Shown here in pieces: positions 9,077-18,932 of a DNA stretch of 64,000 bases. Made by a program: the position numbers and the translations under genes. The number at the start of each line of letters is the position of its first letter. Positions within the stretch are counted from its first letter, which is position 1. Source of the DNA: Patescibacteria group bacterium (GTDB lineage: Bacteria; Patescibacteriota; JABMPQ01; JAHIRA01); assembly GCA_018818205.1 (NCBI GenBank), contig JAHISJ010000013.1, forward strand, positions 16,661-80,660, in the 5' to 3' direction. The notes beneath the pieces are model-generated. The model did no database searches, was not told the origin of the DNA, and worked only from the letters and a program-made list of their open reading frames with translations.

Positions 9077-9116
9077 AACGTTATCAAATTCAACCAAAAC
9101 GATAACACATAACGTT
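9077..9116 (+). promoter_or_regulatory. nested inverted repeat (aacgttat ... ataacgtt with inner gttatc/gataac) in the 5' leader of the 9133 gene; possible operator or RNA hairpin
   Basis: Perfect 8-bp arms 22 nt apart, immediately downstream of the predicted -10. Confidence 0.3.
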
Positions 9117-9132
9117 ACTTCTAACCGATTTT

Positions 9133-10290
9133 ATGAAGATAGCATTCATCGGACAAAAAGGACTTCCTGCCAAGCAGGGAGGAGTAGAAAAGCATGTTCA
9201 TGAGCTTGCAGTTAGACTTGCAAACAACGGACATGATGTTTTTGCGTATTCCAGAAAGAGCTATACTAATACTGATAATACTACATTTCAAGGAGTAACA
9301 CTCAAATATCTTCCGTCAATTGCGACAAAAAACTTTGATGCTATTTCCCATTCATTACTTGCAGCACTTGATGTGCTTAGACAAGATTATGATATTGTTC
9401 ACTTCCACGGTGTTGGTCCATCACTTGTTTCTTTTATTCCAAGACTTCTTAAAAGACGAACCAAAGTTGTTGCAACATTTCATTGTCGTGATCAGTTTCA
9501 TCAGAAATGGGGCATGATTGCGAGGGCATTTCTTTCTTTTGGTGAGTATGCTATTAATAAGTTCCCACATAAAACTATAGCTGTCTCTAAGATTCTACGT
9601 CAGTACTGCAGTGAAAAGTATGGAAGTGAAGCAGCATATGTCCCCAATGGATGTGCAATTACTGATACTGACAAGGCGTCAATGCTTCCTCTCTTTAATA
9701 TTAAGAAAGGTAAGTATATTCTTGCCGTATCAAGACTCGTGAAGCATAAAGGTTTGCATTATTTGATTGATGCGTTTAAAGAGCTAAACGATCCTGAACT
9801 CAAATTGGTGATTGTTGGTGATACCAGTTATACTGACGAATATGTCTCACTACTTAAAGAGCGTGCTCAAGGTGATAATCGTATCGTTTTTGCTGGTCTT
9901 CAGACCGGTGAGGCGCTTGCACAACTCTTTAAGAATGCACGTTTGTACGTGCATCCATCTGAGGCAGAAGGTCTTCCTATCACTGTACTTGAAGCACTCA
10001 AATACGGTATTCCATCAATTGTCAGTAATATTCCTGAAAATATTGAGGCTTCTGGTGGCTACATCTATGTCTTTAAAAATAAAGAGCCCTTAGATCTTGC
10101 AAAGAAGATGAAGCTTGTCTTGGATCATCCAAACGAGGTTTCCGAGCTTGCAAAGGCCGGTCAAAAGTATGTCTCAATTACGTATGATTGGGACAGGATT
10201 ACTGAAACTATTGAGTCGATTTATGAAGACTTACTTGAGGATGTCCGTGAAGACGTAGCTTACGAGCGAGAAGTTCCTTTGGTAAGATAA
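9133..10290 (+). CDS. glycosyltransferase family 4
   Basis: C-terminal SEAEGLPITVLEALKYGIP (EX7E); N-terminal Rossmann-like MKIAFIG...GGVE. Confidence 0.8.
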   Translation: MKIAFIGQKGLPAKQGGVEKHVHELAVRLANNGHDVFAYSRKSYTNTDNTTFQGVTLKYLPSIATKNFDAISHSLLAALDVLRQDYDIVHFHGVGPSLVSFIPRLLKRRTKVVATFHCRDQFHQKWGMIARAFLSFGEYAINKFPHKTIAVSKILRQYCSEKYGSEAAYVPNGCAITDTDKASMLPLFNIKKGKYILAVSRLVKHKGLHYLIDAFKELNDPELKLVIVGDTSYTDEYVSLLKERAQGDNRIVFAGLQTGEALAQLFKNARLYVHPSEAEGLPITVLEALKYGIPSIVSNIPENIEASGGYIYVFKNKEPLDLAKKMKLVLDHPNEVSELAKAGQKYVSITYDWDRITETIESIYEDLLEDVREDVAYEREVPLVR

Positions 10291-10312
10291 AAAAAGTAAA
10301 AGCAAATAGTAT

Positions 10313-10342
10313 AAAACAGCTCCAATGGGGCTGTTTTTGTTT
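10313..10342 (+). terminator. rho-independent terminator (stem aacagctcc/ggggctgtt with T-run)
   Basis: Hairpin followed by tttttgtttg, just after the stop codon of the 9133 gene. Confidence 0.5.
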
Positions 10343-10432
10343 GTGTGTATTAGTAAGCTGTTGATAGCGCCTATTTACTTTTAAGCTAAAATATGCTTAA
10401 ATAAAACAGTCTATAAAGTAACAATCAAAGCA

Positions 10433-10960
10433 ATGATTGATGGTGTTAAAATAAAACAAATGAAGGTCTGGGAGGATATTCCTGATACTCCAGAAGAAGA
10501 GAATCAAAAGAAAGGGTTTCTCATGGAGGTCTTGAGGTCAGACGAGGACCTACTCAAGAAGTATGGACAAACAACGTTTACTGTTGCATACAAGGACACT
10601 ATAAAAGCATTCCATTGGCATAAAAAGCAAGATGATTTGTGGTTCATTGGCAGCGGTAAAGCAGTGATCGTACTTCATGACATGCGTGAAGAGTCACCGA
10701 CATTTGGAGAAACGCAGGAAATTTTTGCAGGAGAAGGGGACTATAAGCTTGTTTTGATTCCCGTTGGGGTTGCTCACGGATATAAAGCACTGAGCGAAGA
10801 ACCGGTTCTTCTTTTTTATCACACAACAGAAGCCTACAATCCAGAAAATCCCGACGAAGAACGAATCCCCTACAATGATCCAAAAATTGACTATGACTGG
10901 AAACAGGACTTTGGAGCTAAGGAAGCAGAGGTTGCCCAGGTAGATGAAAAGGAGGCGTAA
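10433..10960 (+). CDS. rmlC: dTDP-4-dehydrorhamnose 3,5-epimerase (cupin)
   Basis: Matches RmlC motifs: FHWH..., MREESPTFGE, IPVGVAHGY. Confidence 0.7.
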   Translation: MIDGVKIKQMKVWEDIPDTPEEENQKKGFLMEVLRSDEDLLKKYGQTTFTVAYKDTIKAFHWHKKQDDLWFIGSGKAVIVLHDMREESPTFGETQEIFAGEGDYKLVLIPVGVAHGYKALSEEPVLLFYHTTEAYNPENPDEERIPYNDPKIDYDWKQDFGAKEAEVAQVDEKEA

Positions 10961-10968
10961 GGGAAAAC

Positions 10969-11376
10969 ATGGAAGACTGTATCTTTTGCAAAATTGTAAA
11001 CGGTGATGTGCTGTCATCAAAGATATACGAAGACGATGCGTTTCTTGCATTCCTAGACATTGCACCAGTGCATCCCGGACATATCCTAGTTATTCCAAAA
11101 GAACACTACCCGCTTCTTACCAACGTTCCCGAAGAAATCCTCCAGAAATATCTTATTGTAGTCCAAAAAGTATCTCGTGCGCTCGTTGATGGTTTGGAGC
11201 TTAACGGGTTTAACTTGGGAATGAATAATGGTTCTGTCGCAGGGCAGATTGTCCCTCATGTTCATTTTCATGTTATGCCACGCACAGAAGGCGATGGGCT
11301 GAAGCTTTGGTCGCAGCGCAGTTATGCAGAAGGGGAGGCAGATGAGGTGGCAGGGAAGATTAAAGATGCGTTGTAG
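10969..11376 (+). CDS. HIT-family (histidine triad) nucleotide hydrolase/transferase
   Basis: CIFCKI..., canonical HVHFHVMPR histidine triad. Confidence 0.8.
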   Translation: MEDCIFCKIVNGDVLSSKIYEDDAFLAFLDIAPVHPGHILVIPKEHYPLLTNVPEEILQKYLIVVQKVSRALVDGLELNGFNLGMNNGSVAGQIVPHVHFHVMPRTEGDGLKLWSQRSYAEGEADEVAGKIKDAL

Positions 11377-11437
11377 TATCAGTCTTTCTAAGGTTATACT
11401 CGAAGGTTGTTAGTAAAAATTAATTTAAGTAGGTAGT

Positions 11438-12451
11438 ATGAAAATACTTGTCACAGGAGGTTTGGGATTCATTGGGAGTAACTTTGTCAGGTATGTTCTA
11501 AAAAAGTATCCTGAGTACGAAGTAGTTAATCTAGATAAGATGACGTATGCAGGGAATCCAGAGAATCTCAGGGATATTGAGGAGGATGCTCGCTATCATT
11601 TTTATAAGGGGGATATTTGTGATAGTGCTATTGTAGATACTATTTTCTCTGATCATGCTATAGACGCAATTATAAATTTTGCTGCGGAGTCACATGTTGA
11701 CAGGTCCATTGAAGATCCCGGTGCATTTATTCAAACGGATGTGTATGGCACGTTTGTTTTGCTTGAAGCAGTAAAGAAACATGGTGTTAAGCGGTACATT
11801 CAAATTAGCACGGACGAGGTGTATGGCGATTTTGATGACGGGGGATTTGCAACAGAGGAGTCGTCACTTGAACCATCAAGCCCCTACTCTGCTTCAAAAA
11901 CAGGAGGTGATTTACAGGTTATTGCTGCACGTAGAACGTACGATCTTCCCGTAATGATTACGCGGTGTACCAATAATTATGGGCCATACATGTATCCAGA
12001 AAAGCTCATTCCCCTATTTGTCACTAATTTGATTGAAGGGAAGAAGGTGCCGGTGTATGGTGCAGGTGATCAAATACGGGATTGGCTCTACGTTGATGAT
12101 CATTGTAGTGCTATAGATCTTGTACTTCACAAAGGTGAGTTGGGAGAGATTTACAATGTAGCTGCAAATCAAGACCCTGAAGTCACCAATCTGGAGCTCA
12201 CTAAAAGAATCCTTGAAGTGCTAAAGATGGGGGAAGAGATGATTGAGTATGTTAAAGATCGCCCCGGACATGATAAGCGCTATGCTGTTGATTGCAGCAA
12301 GATTAAGTTACTAGGATGGAAGGTTGAGACACCTCTTAAGGAAGGACTAGAAAAAACAGTACAGTGGTATGTTGACCATGAAGATTGGTGGAAGAAGATT
12401 AAGACAGGAGAGTATTTAGAATTTTATAAGAGACAGTACGAAGAACGTTAA
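11438..12451 (+). CDS. rmlB: dTDP-glucose 4,6-dehydratase
   Basis: [22 protein letters not shown], extended SDR with RmlB-type length and motifs. Confidence 0.9.
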   Translation: MKILVTGGLGFIGSNFVRYVLKKYPEYEVVNLDKMTYAGNPENLRDIEEDARYHFYKGDICDSAIVDTIFSDHAIDAIINFAAESHVDRSIEDPGAFIQTDVYGTFVLLEAVKKHGVKRYIQISTDEVYGDFDDGGFATEESSLEPSSPYSASKTGGDLQVIAARRTYDLPVMITRCTNNYGPYMYPEKLIPLFVTNLIEGKKVPVYGAGDQIRDWLYVDDHCSAIDLVLHKGELGEIYNVAANQDPEVTNLELTKRILEVLKMGEEMIEYVKDRPGHDKRYAVDCSKIKLLGWKVETPLKEGLEKTVQWYVDHEDWWKKIKTGEYLEFYKRQYEER

Positions 12452-12487
12452 TCGTGCGCTGTTAACGTGATGGTAAGATAATATACT

Positions 12488-13360
12488 ATGCGAAAAAACA
12501 CTCAAATAGCAAAAAAGATAGCTATTACCGGATCAGAGGGTATGCTCGGCCATGATCTAAAAAAGGTTTTTGGGAGCGATAAAAAGTATGCACTTGTTTT
12601 GTATACAAAAAAAACTCTCGATATCACTGACGAAAAAAAAGTCCTTCAAAAATTAGAAAAAGATAAACCTGATATTATAATTAACGCTGCAGCGTTTACT
12701 GCGGTTGACGATTGTGAGGATAAAAAGCACAAAAAAGCATGTATTGCAGTAAACGGTGTGGGTCCAAAAAATGTTGCAAAAGCGGCAAAGAAGATTGGCG
12801 CGATTCTTGTCCAGATAAGTACTGATTATGTCTTTGATGGAAAGAAAAAAAGTGGGTATACTGAAAGATCGCGAGTGGGTCCTATTAATACGTATGGAAA
12901 GTCAAAGCTTATGGGTGAAGAAACGGTTAAAAAAGAGTGCACTAAGTTTTATATTGTGCGCACATCATGGCTTTTTGGCAAGAATGGACCTAATTTTGTT
13001 GAGACCATGCTTATGCTTGGCAAAAAACATCCAGAGCTTAAAGTGGTGCATGATCAGCATGGTAAACCAACGTGGACGTATGATTTAGCTTTGCATATCA
13101 AGAAACTTCTTGAGCGAAATAAAGCATTTGGAGTGTATCACTGTACCAATGAAGGTGAAACAACATGGTATAATTTTACCCGAGAGATTTTGAAACAAGC
13201 AAAGATTAAAACGCCGGTAAAGCCGTGTACATCTGAAGAGTTTCCACGGCCTGCAAAACGTCCCGAGTATTCCACGCTACTCAATACCAAGTTTTCGCGA
13301 ATGCCACATTGGAAAAAGGCGCTTACAGGATATTTAAAGGATCGAAAGAAGAAAGCATAA
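12488..13360 (+). CDS. rmlD: dTDP-4-dehydrorhamnose reductase
   Basis: IAITGSEGMLGHDL, YGKSK, RTSWLFG; RmlD-typical architecture of about 290 aa. Confidence 0.85.
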   Translation: MRKNTQIAKKIAITGSEGMLGHDLKKVFGSDKKYALVLYTKKTLDITDEKKVLQKLEKDKPDIIINAAAFTAVDDCEDKKHKKACIAVNGVGPKNVAKAAKKIGAILVQISTDYVFDGKKKSGYTERSRVGPINTYGKSKLMGEETVKKECTKFYIVRTSWLFGKNGPNFVETMLMLGKKHPELKVVHDQHGKPTWTYDLALHIKKLLERNKAFGVYHCTNEGETTWYNFTREILKQAKIKTPVKPCTSEEFPRPAKRPEYSTLLNTKFSRMPHWKKALTGYLKDRKKKA

Positions 13361-13384
13361 ATAATAACGATTAAGTCAACAACT

Positions 13385-14458
13385 ATGAAGGCACTCATTG
13401 CTGCAGGTGGACATGGGACGAGGCTCCGTCCGATCACCTTCACCTTAAACAAGCATCTTATCCCTATCGCAAACAAGCCGATGATTTTTCATGCGCTTGA
13501 TAAAATGGCAGAAGCGGGGATAAAAGAGGTTGGAATTAATGTAAATCCTGGAGACACCTCAATTAGCAAGGCATGTGGAAATGGTGAGGACTTTGGGCTT
13601 AATATTACGTATATCGAGCAATCCGGAGGTCCGCTTGGACTCGCTCATATTATAAAAAATGCTGAATCTTTTATTGGAGATGAAGATTTTATATTCTATT
13701 TAGGTGACAATATTATCCTTGGTAGCATTAAACCGTTTATTAAGAAGTTTAAGGATGAGAAGGCGGACTGTTTACTTGCGCTTTCTAGGGTAGAAGATCC
13801 TGAACGATTTGGTGTGCCGGATATTGATGAAAAGGGGAATATTATTGGCGTTGAAGAAAAGCCAAAACGACCTAAAAGTCCCTATGCAGTCACCGGTATT
13901 TATATCTACAACAAAAGCATTTTTGATGCAGTCAAAAAGCTAAAGCCTAGTGCGCGAGGAGAGCTTGAGATTTCTGATGCGCACCAGTATTTGATTGATC
14001 ATGGTTACAAAGTTACTTTTGTTGAGATTACCGGCTGGTGGAAGGATACCGGGAAGCCGGATGACTTGATTCAAGGAAATCAGCTGCTTCTAAACGATAT
14101 TACTTCTACGCAAGAAGGTGCGATAGTTGACGAGCATGTCCAGATTCAAGGGAAGGTGAGTATTGCAAAAGGAGCAAAGATTTTAGGACGAAGCTATATT
14201 AGAGGACCGGTCATGATTGGTCCGTGTGCGGTCATTAGAGATAGCTATATCGGTCCTTTTACTTCTGTTGGTGGTAGAGTAGAGATTTCTGGAGGAGAAA
14301 TAGAAAATTCTATCGTTTTTGATGACGCTGATATTAGTTGTAAAAGAAAAATAGTTGATAGTCTTCTTGGAAAGAACTGTACTATCACAGATGCACACGC
14401 GACATTACCGTCCGGGAATAGACTGATTGTTGGAGAAAATTCAATCGTTGAACTCTAA
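13385..14458 (+). CDS. rmlA: glucose-1-phosphate thymidylyltransferase, long form with C-terminal left-handed beta-helix
   Basis: MKALIAAGGHGTRLRPIT nucleotidyltransferase motif; hexapeptide repeats in the C-terminus. Confidence 0.8.
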   Translation: MKALIAAGGHGTRLRPITFTLNKHLIPIANKPMIFHALDKMAEAGIKEVGINVNPGDTSISKACGNGEDFGLNITYIEQSGGPLGLAHIIKNAESFIGDEDFIFYLGDNIILGSIKPFIKKFKDEKADCLLALSRVEDPERFGVPDIDEKGNIIGVEEKPKRPKSPYAVTGIYIYNKSIFDAVKKLKPSARGELEISDAHQYLIDHGYKVTFVEITGWWKDTGKPDDLIQGNQLLLNDITSTQEGAIVDEHVQIQGKVSIAKGAKILGRSYIRGPVMIGPCAVIRDSYIGPFTSVGGRVEISGGEIENSIVFDDADISCKRKIVDSLLGKNCTITDAHATLPSGNRLIVGENSIVEL

Positions 14459-14474
14459 AGATAACGAGCAGCAC

Positions 14475-15872
14475 ATGAACAGAAAGAAAAACACATTTTT
14501 CAAAACATTATTTGTTATTGTTGTAGCGCTTTTTTTGGTTGTTCCCCAACTATCATATGCGGCAACGTACAAACCAAACAATGTTATCACCGATGAGGAG
14601 TTTAATAACTACAACTCAATGTCCCGGGGATATATTCATGAGTTTTTGGTAAAAAAAGGAAGCGGTCTTGCTGATCTTATGATTCCAACAGAGAAAGGAA
14701 ACAAAAGTGCTGCTGATTTGTTTTATGAAACTGCTCAAGCGTATAAAGTAAACCCGAAGCTACTTATAGTCACTGCACAAAAAGAACAGAGTGCTATTAC
14801 TGACGACACTCTTTCTGATAGGCAAAAGGAAGATTTGATGGGGTACGGTGTATATAAAGGGAGTACCAATGAATGCACTGGAGTGGATAAACAAATTGAT
14901 TGTGCTGCGTGGCAGTTTAGGCGCTATGTGGATCGATACGATAAATATAGCTTTCAAAAAGGAAAAACGAAAACGTCGCAAGATGGCGTTGATGTGACGC
15001 CGGAAAACCATGCGACCGCAGCGCTCTACAACTATACGCCTTATGCGGGTGGAAAAGATGGATACAATGTAAATGACACCGGTGAAGGTGGAAATTTTCT
15101 CTTTTGGAAGGTGTGGCGGCTTTGGTTTGCTCAGTACAGACCATCTGGAACGTTGATTCGTGAGATTGACACTCCGGGCATCTTTTTGCTTAAGGACAAG
15201 AAACGCTATCCGATTTGGAACATGAACGTGTTTAACGCGCATCACTTTTCAAAGGATGAGGTGGTAGATATATCTACGGAAGAAATGGAAGGGTATAGCA
15301 CTATTGCCCCGGTGCGATATCCAGATGGAGCGCTTATTCGTTCACCAAAAGGAACGGTCTATATTATTGATCATGATGAGCGCAGAGGATTTGCCACGCG
15401 TGAGGTTTTTGAGGAACTGGGTTATCAAAACAATATTCTCTATGATGCAACTTGGGAGATAGTCAATGTGTACCCTGAAGGAAAATCGATTTCAAAAGAT
15501 AGTAAAGAATATGCTAATGGTACATTGCTTCAGCCTGTGGGGAGTAAGAGCGTATTTCAACTCTGGGATGGAAAGCTTAGACCAATCCTTGATGTGTCAC
15601 TTTTTGACAGAAATTTTTATTGGAAGAACGTTATACAGGTTGCTCCTGAAGTCATTAACTCTTTTCCATCGGGGAATGCAGTTGCGTTTCGTGATGGATC
15701 CTTAATTAGAAGTAGCAAAGGTGATATTTATGTGATTGAGAATGGGGAAAGAAAGCATATTGCTAGGCCGTCTGTGTTCCATGGATTTGGTTTTAAGATG
15801 AGCAATGTGATTACTGTCCCGGATTCTGTCTTGAATGCGCATCCTGAAGGGGAGAAGTTGGAGACGTATTAA
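14475..15872 (+). CDS. secreted protein: signal peptide, N-terminal domain weakly reminiscent of cell-wall glycosidases, and four tandem repeats of about 58 aa
   Basis: MNRKKNTFFKTLFVIVVALFLVVPQLSYA signal peptide. Repeats share G[TS]LIRxxxGx[IV]Y[IV]I...R...F.... Confidence 0.55.
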   Translation: MNRKKNTFFKTLFVIVVALFLVVPQLSYAATYKPNNVITDEEFNNYNSMSRGYIHEFLVKKGSGLADLMIPTEKGNKSAADLFYETAQAYKVNPKLLIVTAQKEQSAITDDTLSDRQKEDLMGYGVYKGSTNECTGVDKQIDCAAWQFRRYVDRYDKYSFQKGKTKTSQDGVDVTPENHATAALYNYTPYAGGKDGYNVNDTGEGGNFLFWKVWRLWFAQYRPSGTLIREIDTPGIFLLKDKKRYPIWNMNVFNAHHFSKDEVVDISTEEMEGYSTIAPVRYPDGALIRSPKGTVYIIDHDERRGFATREVFEELGYQNNILYDATWEIVNVYPEGKSISKDSKEYANGTLLQPVGSKSVFQLWDGKLRPILDVSLFDRNFYWKNVIQVAPEVINSFPSGNAVAFRDGSLIRSSKGDIYVIENGERKHIARPSVFHGFGFKMSNVITVPDSVLNAHPEGEKLETY

Positions 15873-15929
15873 TTTGAAGAATTTTCAATGTTCAATTTAG
15901 CAATATTAAGGTGTTCTTTGCTTTCGTTA

Positions 15930-15949
15930 TTCCCGCGGAAAGGCGGGAA
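15930..15949 (+). terminator. GC-rich hairpin ttcccgc-GGAAAG-gcgggaa downstream of the 14475 gene, with no clear U-tract
   Basis: Direct inspection; sits at the boundary of the AT-rich KilA-N segment. Confidence 0.3.
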
Positions 15950-15990
15950 GCCATCGAACTTGACCAGCTTAGGTTTTATATTTAAAAAAT

Positions 15991-16797
15991 ATGACTAAAA
16001 AAATACAGGTTCAAGGTGTTGAAATTTCTATCATTTCTAAAAATGAAGATGATTTTATATCTTTAACCAATATGTTAAAAGCAAAAGATGGTGATTTTTA
16101 TATTTCAGATTGGTTAAGAAATAGAAATACGGTTGAATTTCTTGGTGTTTGGGAAAAAATAAATAATCCCAATTTTAATTATGGCGAGTTCGCCATAATT
16201 AAAAGTAAGGCAGGCTTAAATAGTTATAAAATAAGTGTTAAGGAATGGGTTAAAAAGACTCATGCTATTGGGTTACGATCAGTGGCTGGTCGATACGGCG
16301 GAACATATGCTCACAAAGATATTGCTTTTGAATTTGGAATGTGGATTAGCCCAGAATTTAAAATCTATCTTATCAAAGAGTTCCAAAGACTTAAAGAAGA
16401 AGAAAATGAACGTTTATTCCTTGGTTGGGATGCGAAACGAACACTAACAAAAATAAATTATAAAATTCACACAGACGCTATAAAGAAACATATTATTCCA
16501 ACTTTAGTTACCAAGAAACAAATAGATTTTGTTTACGCGAATGAAGCAGATGTCCTGAATGTCGCTCTTTTTGGAATGACCGCAAAAGAATGGACGGATA
16601 AAAACGTGAAACTAAAAGGAAATATGCGAGATTATGCTAATGTTGTACAATTAGTGTGTTTAGCGAATTTAGAGAGTATGAATGCGGAATTTATCAGACA
16701 AGAGCTTTCGCAATCAGAGAGATTGCAAAGACTAAATAAAATCGCGCTTGTTCAGATGAAGTCTCTTGCTAAAAGTGAAAGTATTAAGAAATTTTAA
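15991..16797 (+). CDS. KilA-N domain-containing protein (phage/mobile-element-associated DNA-binding family)
   Basis: KIQVQGVEISIISKNEDDFISLTNM...FYISDWLRNRNTVEFLGVWE...YGGTYAHKDIAFEFGMWISPEFKIYLIKEFQRLK matches the conserved bacterial KilA-N family. The gene is markedly more AT-rich than its neighbours. Confidence 0.6.
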   Translation: MTKKIQVQGVEISIISKNEDDFISLTNMLKAKDGDFYISDWLRNRNTVEFLGVWEKINNPNFNYGEFAIIKSKAGLNSYKISVKEWVKKTHAIGLRSVAGRYGGTYAHKDIAFEFGMWISPEFKIYLIKEFQRLKEEENERLFLGWDAKRTLTKINYKIHTDAIKKHIIPTLVTKKQIDFVYANEADVLNVALFGMTAKEWTDKNVKLKGNMRDYANVVQLVCLANLESMNAEFIRQELSQSERLQRLNKIALVQMKSLAKSESIKKF

Positions 16798-16807
16798 ATT
16801 CAAGACT

Positions 16808-17746
16808 ATGAAAATACTTGTAACCGGTGGCGCCGGGTTTATAGGCTCACACATTGCAGATGCCTATGTATCGGAAGGGCATGATGTCGTTGTTGTTGAT
16901 AACCTTTCAACAGGAAAAAAAGAAAATGTAAACGACAGCGTTCATTTTTATGAAGTAGATATTTGTGATAAAGAAGCTCTAAAAAAGGTTTTTGTCGAAG
17001 AGCAAATCGAGGTGGTAAACCATCAAGCCGCACATGCGAGTGTTCCTGAGTCGGTCAAGGATCCTATACATGATTTAGACGTTAACATAAAAGGAAGTGT
17101 AAACCTTGCTGAGTTGTGTAAAGATTATGGAGTAAAGAAGTTTATATTTGCTTCGACTGGAGGAGCGCTCTATGGGGATGCTGAGATAACTCCTACACCA
17201 GAAACATACCCCGCAAAGCCTATTTCACCTTACGGCGTTGCAAAGCTTTCTTTTGAGCACTATTTACATTACTATTATACCGTTTTTGGTCTTAACTATA
17301 CGGTACTCAGATATGCTAACGTATATGGAGAACGCCAGGATCCTCATGGTGAGGCGGGTGTTGTTGCCATTTTCTCAAAAAAGATTGCAGGTGATGAGCA
17401 GCCGATTATTTTTGGAGACGGAGAGCAGACACGCGATTATGTGTATGTGGGTGATGTGGTAGAGGCAAGCGTTTCAGCGTTTAACAAAGATGCATTAAAT
17501 GGTGCAGTAAATATTGGTACTGGCGTTGAAACCTCAGTCAATGAACTTTTTAGGCACATTGTTTCAGTATCCGGCAAGGAAGTCTCAGAGAAACACGCTG
17601 ACGGGCGAGAGAAGGAGCAGAGGAGAAGTGTGCTTGATTATTCCCAGGCACATGAGCTTTTGGCGTGGGGGCCGGAGTTTGTATTGGGCGAGAAAGCCGG
17701 TGAAGAGGCTTTGAAGAAGACGTATGAGTTTTTTGCATTGCAGTAA
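16808..17746 (+). CDS. NAD-dependent epimerase, UDP-glucose 4-epimerase (GalE)-like
   Basis: [21 protein letters not shown]...[10 protein letters not shown]; YxxxK present. Confidence 0.75.
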   Translation: MKILVTGGAGFIGSHIADAYVSEGHDVVVVDNLSTGKKENVNDSVHFYEVDICDKEALKKVFVEEQIEVVNHQAAHASVPESVKDPIHDLDVNIKGSVNLAELCKDYGVKKFIFASTGGALYGDAEITPTPETYPAKPISPYGVAKLSFEHYLHYYYTVFGLNYTVLRYANVYGERQDPHGEAGVVAIFSKKIAGDEQPIIFGDGEQTRDYVYVGDVVEASVSAFNKDALNGAVNIGTGVETSVNELFRHIVSVSGKEVSEKHADGREKEQRRSVLDYSQAHELLAWGPEFVLGEKAGEEALKKTYEFFALQ

Positions 17747-17771
17747 AGAAATTTATAATTTATCAAAAATT

Positions 17772-18932
17772 ATGGCTAAGGATACGTATCTTTTTACATC
17801 AGAATCGGTAACTGAGGGTCATCCGGACAAAATCTGTGACCAAATTTCTGACGCAGTTTTAGATGAAATTTTGACTCATGATCCTAATGGAAAATGTTGC
17901 TGTGAAGCGTTTACCACAACAGGGATGGTTGTTGTTGGCGGAGAAATTAGTACAAGTCATTATGTTGATATTCCAAAAATTGTTCGTTCAACATTAGAAG
18001 ATATTGGGTATACCGATCCCGCGTATGGCATTGATTGTAATAGTTGTGGCGTTGTTAACGCGATAGATGAACAGAGTGCTGACATTGCGCAAGGTGAAGA
18101 CGTTTCAGAAGGCACGCATAAAGCAATGGGCGCCGGTGATCAAGGGATGATGTTTGGCTATGCGGTAGATGAAACCGGTACTCTTATGCCCCTTCCCATT
18201 TCACTTGCTCATAGTCTTACAAAGAAGCTGGCAGAAGTTAGAAAGGATGGAGATCTGTCATATTTGAGGCCGGATGGGAAGTCGCAGGTCACCGTAGAGT
18301 ATGAAGATGGTAAACCAAAACGAGTTGATGCTGTGGTTATTGCTGCACAGCATGATCCTGATGTTGAACTTGATAGTCTTAGGGATGATGTTAAGTCAAA
18401 AGTAATTGAGCCGGTGTGCGGAGAGTTTATTGACGATGATACGCGAATGTACATAAACGAGACCGGTAGGTTTGTAGAAGGAGGTCCTCATGCAGATACA
18501 GGGCTTACCGGAAGAAAGATTATTGTTGATACGTATGGTGGAAAAGGATCGCACGGCGGCGGTTGTTTTAGCGGCAAGGGGCCAAATAAGCAGGATCGGT
18601 CGGGCGCGTATGTGGGACGGTATATTGCGAAAAACATTGTTGCAGCAGGTCTTGCAAAGGAATGTGAAGTTCAGTTATCATATGCAATAGGGTATCCTGA
18701 GCCGGTTTCAGTCATGGTCAATACGTTTGGAACAGGGGTGGTGCCAGATAGCACTATCGCTGAGCTAGTGAAAGAAGTATTTGACCTTACTCCCTCAGGG
18801 ATAATCGAGTCACTTGATCTTTTGCGTCCTATTTATAAGCCAACAGCAGCGTATGGTCATTTTGGAAGAGAGGATTTGAATGTCCCATGGGAAAAGACGA
18901 ATAAAATAGATTCATTACAAAAAAAGGTATGA
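17772..18932 (+). CDS. metK: S-adenosylmethionine synthetase
   Basis: [31 protein letters not shown]-like motifs; full-length MetK. Confidence 0.95.
   Translation: MAKDTYLFTSESVTEGHPDKICDQISDAVLDEILTHDPNGKCCCEAFTTTGMVVVGGEISTSHYVDIPKIVRSTLEDIGYTDPAYGIDCNSCGVVNAIDEQSADIAQGEDVSEGTHKAMGAGDQGMMFGYAVDETGTLMPLPISLAHSLTKKLAEVRKDGDLSYLRPDGKSQVTVEYEDGKPKRVDAVVIAAQHDPDVELDSLRDDVKSKVIEPVCGEFIDDDTRMYINETGRFVEGGPHADTGLTGRKIIVDTYGGKGSHGGGCFSGKGPNKQDRSGAYVGRYIAKNIVAAGLAKECEVQLSYAIGYPEPVSVMVNTFGTGVVPDSTIAELVKEVFDLTPSGIIESLDLLRPIYKPTAAYGHFGREDLNVPWEKTNKIDSLQKKV

Noticed and set aside
14427-14474. Upstream extended starts given in the ORF track (14427, 16766, 35485, 42399, 50675, 54195, 54544, 57821, 5210)
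   Set aside because: The extensions overlap the preceding gene or lack start context. Internal ATGs that give signal peptides or conserved N-termini were preferred.
15873-15990. Possible tRNA or small RNA in the gap before the KilA-N gene
   Set aside because: No cloverleaf-compatible arms or T-loop GTTC motif; only a single GC hairpin.
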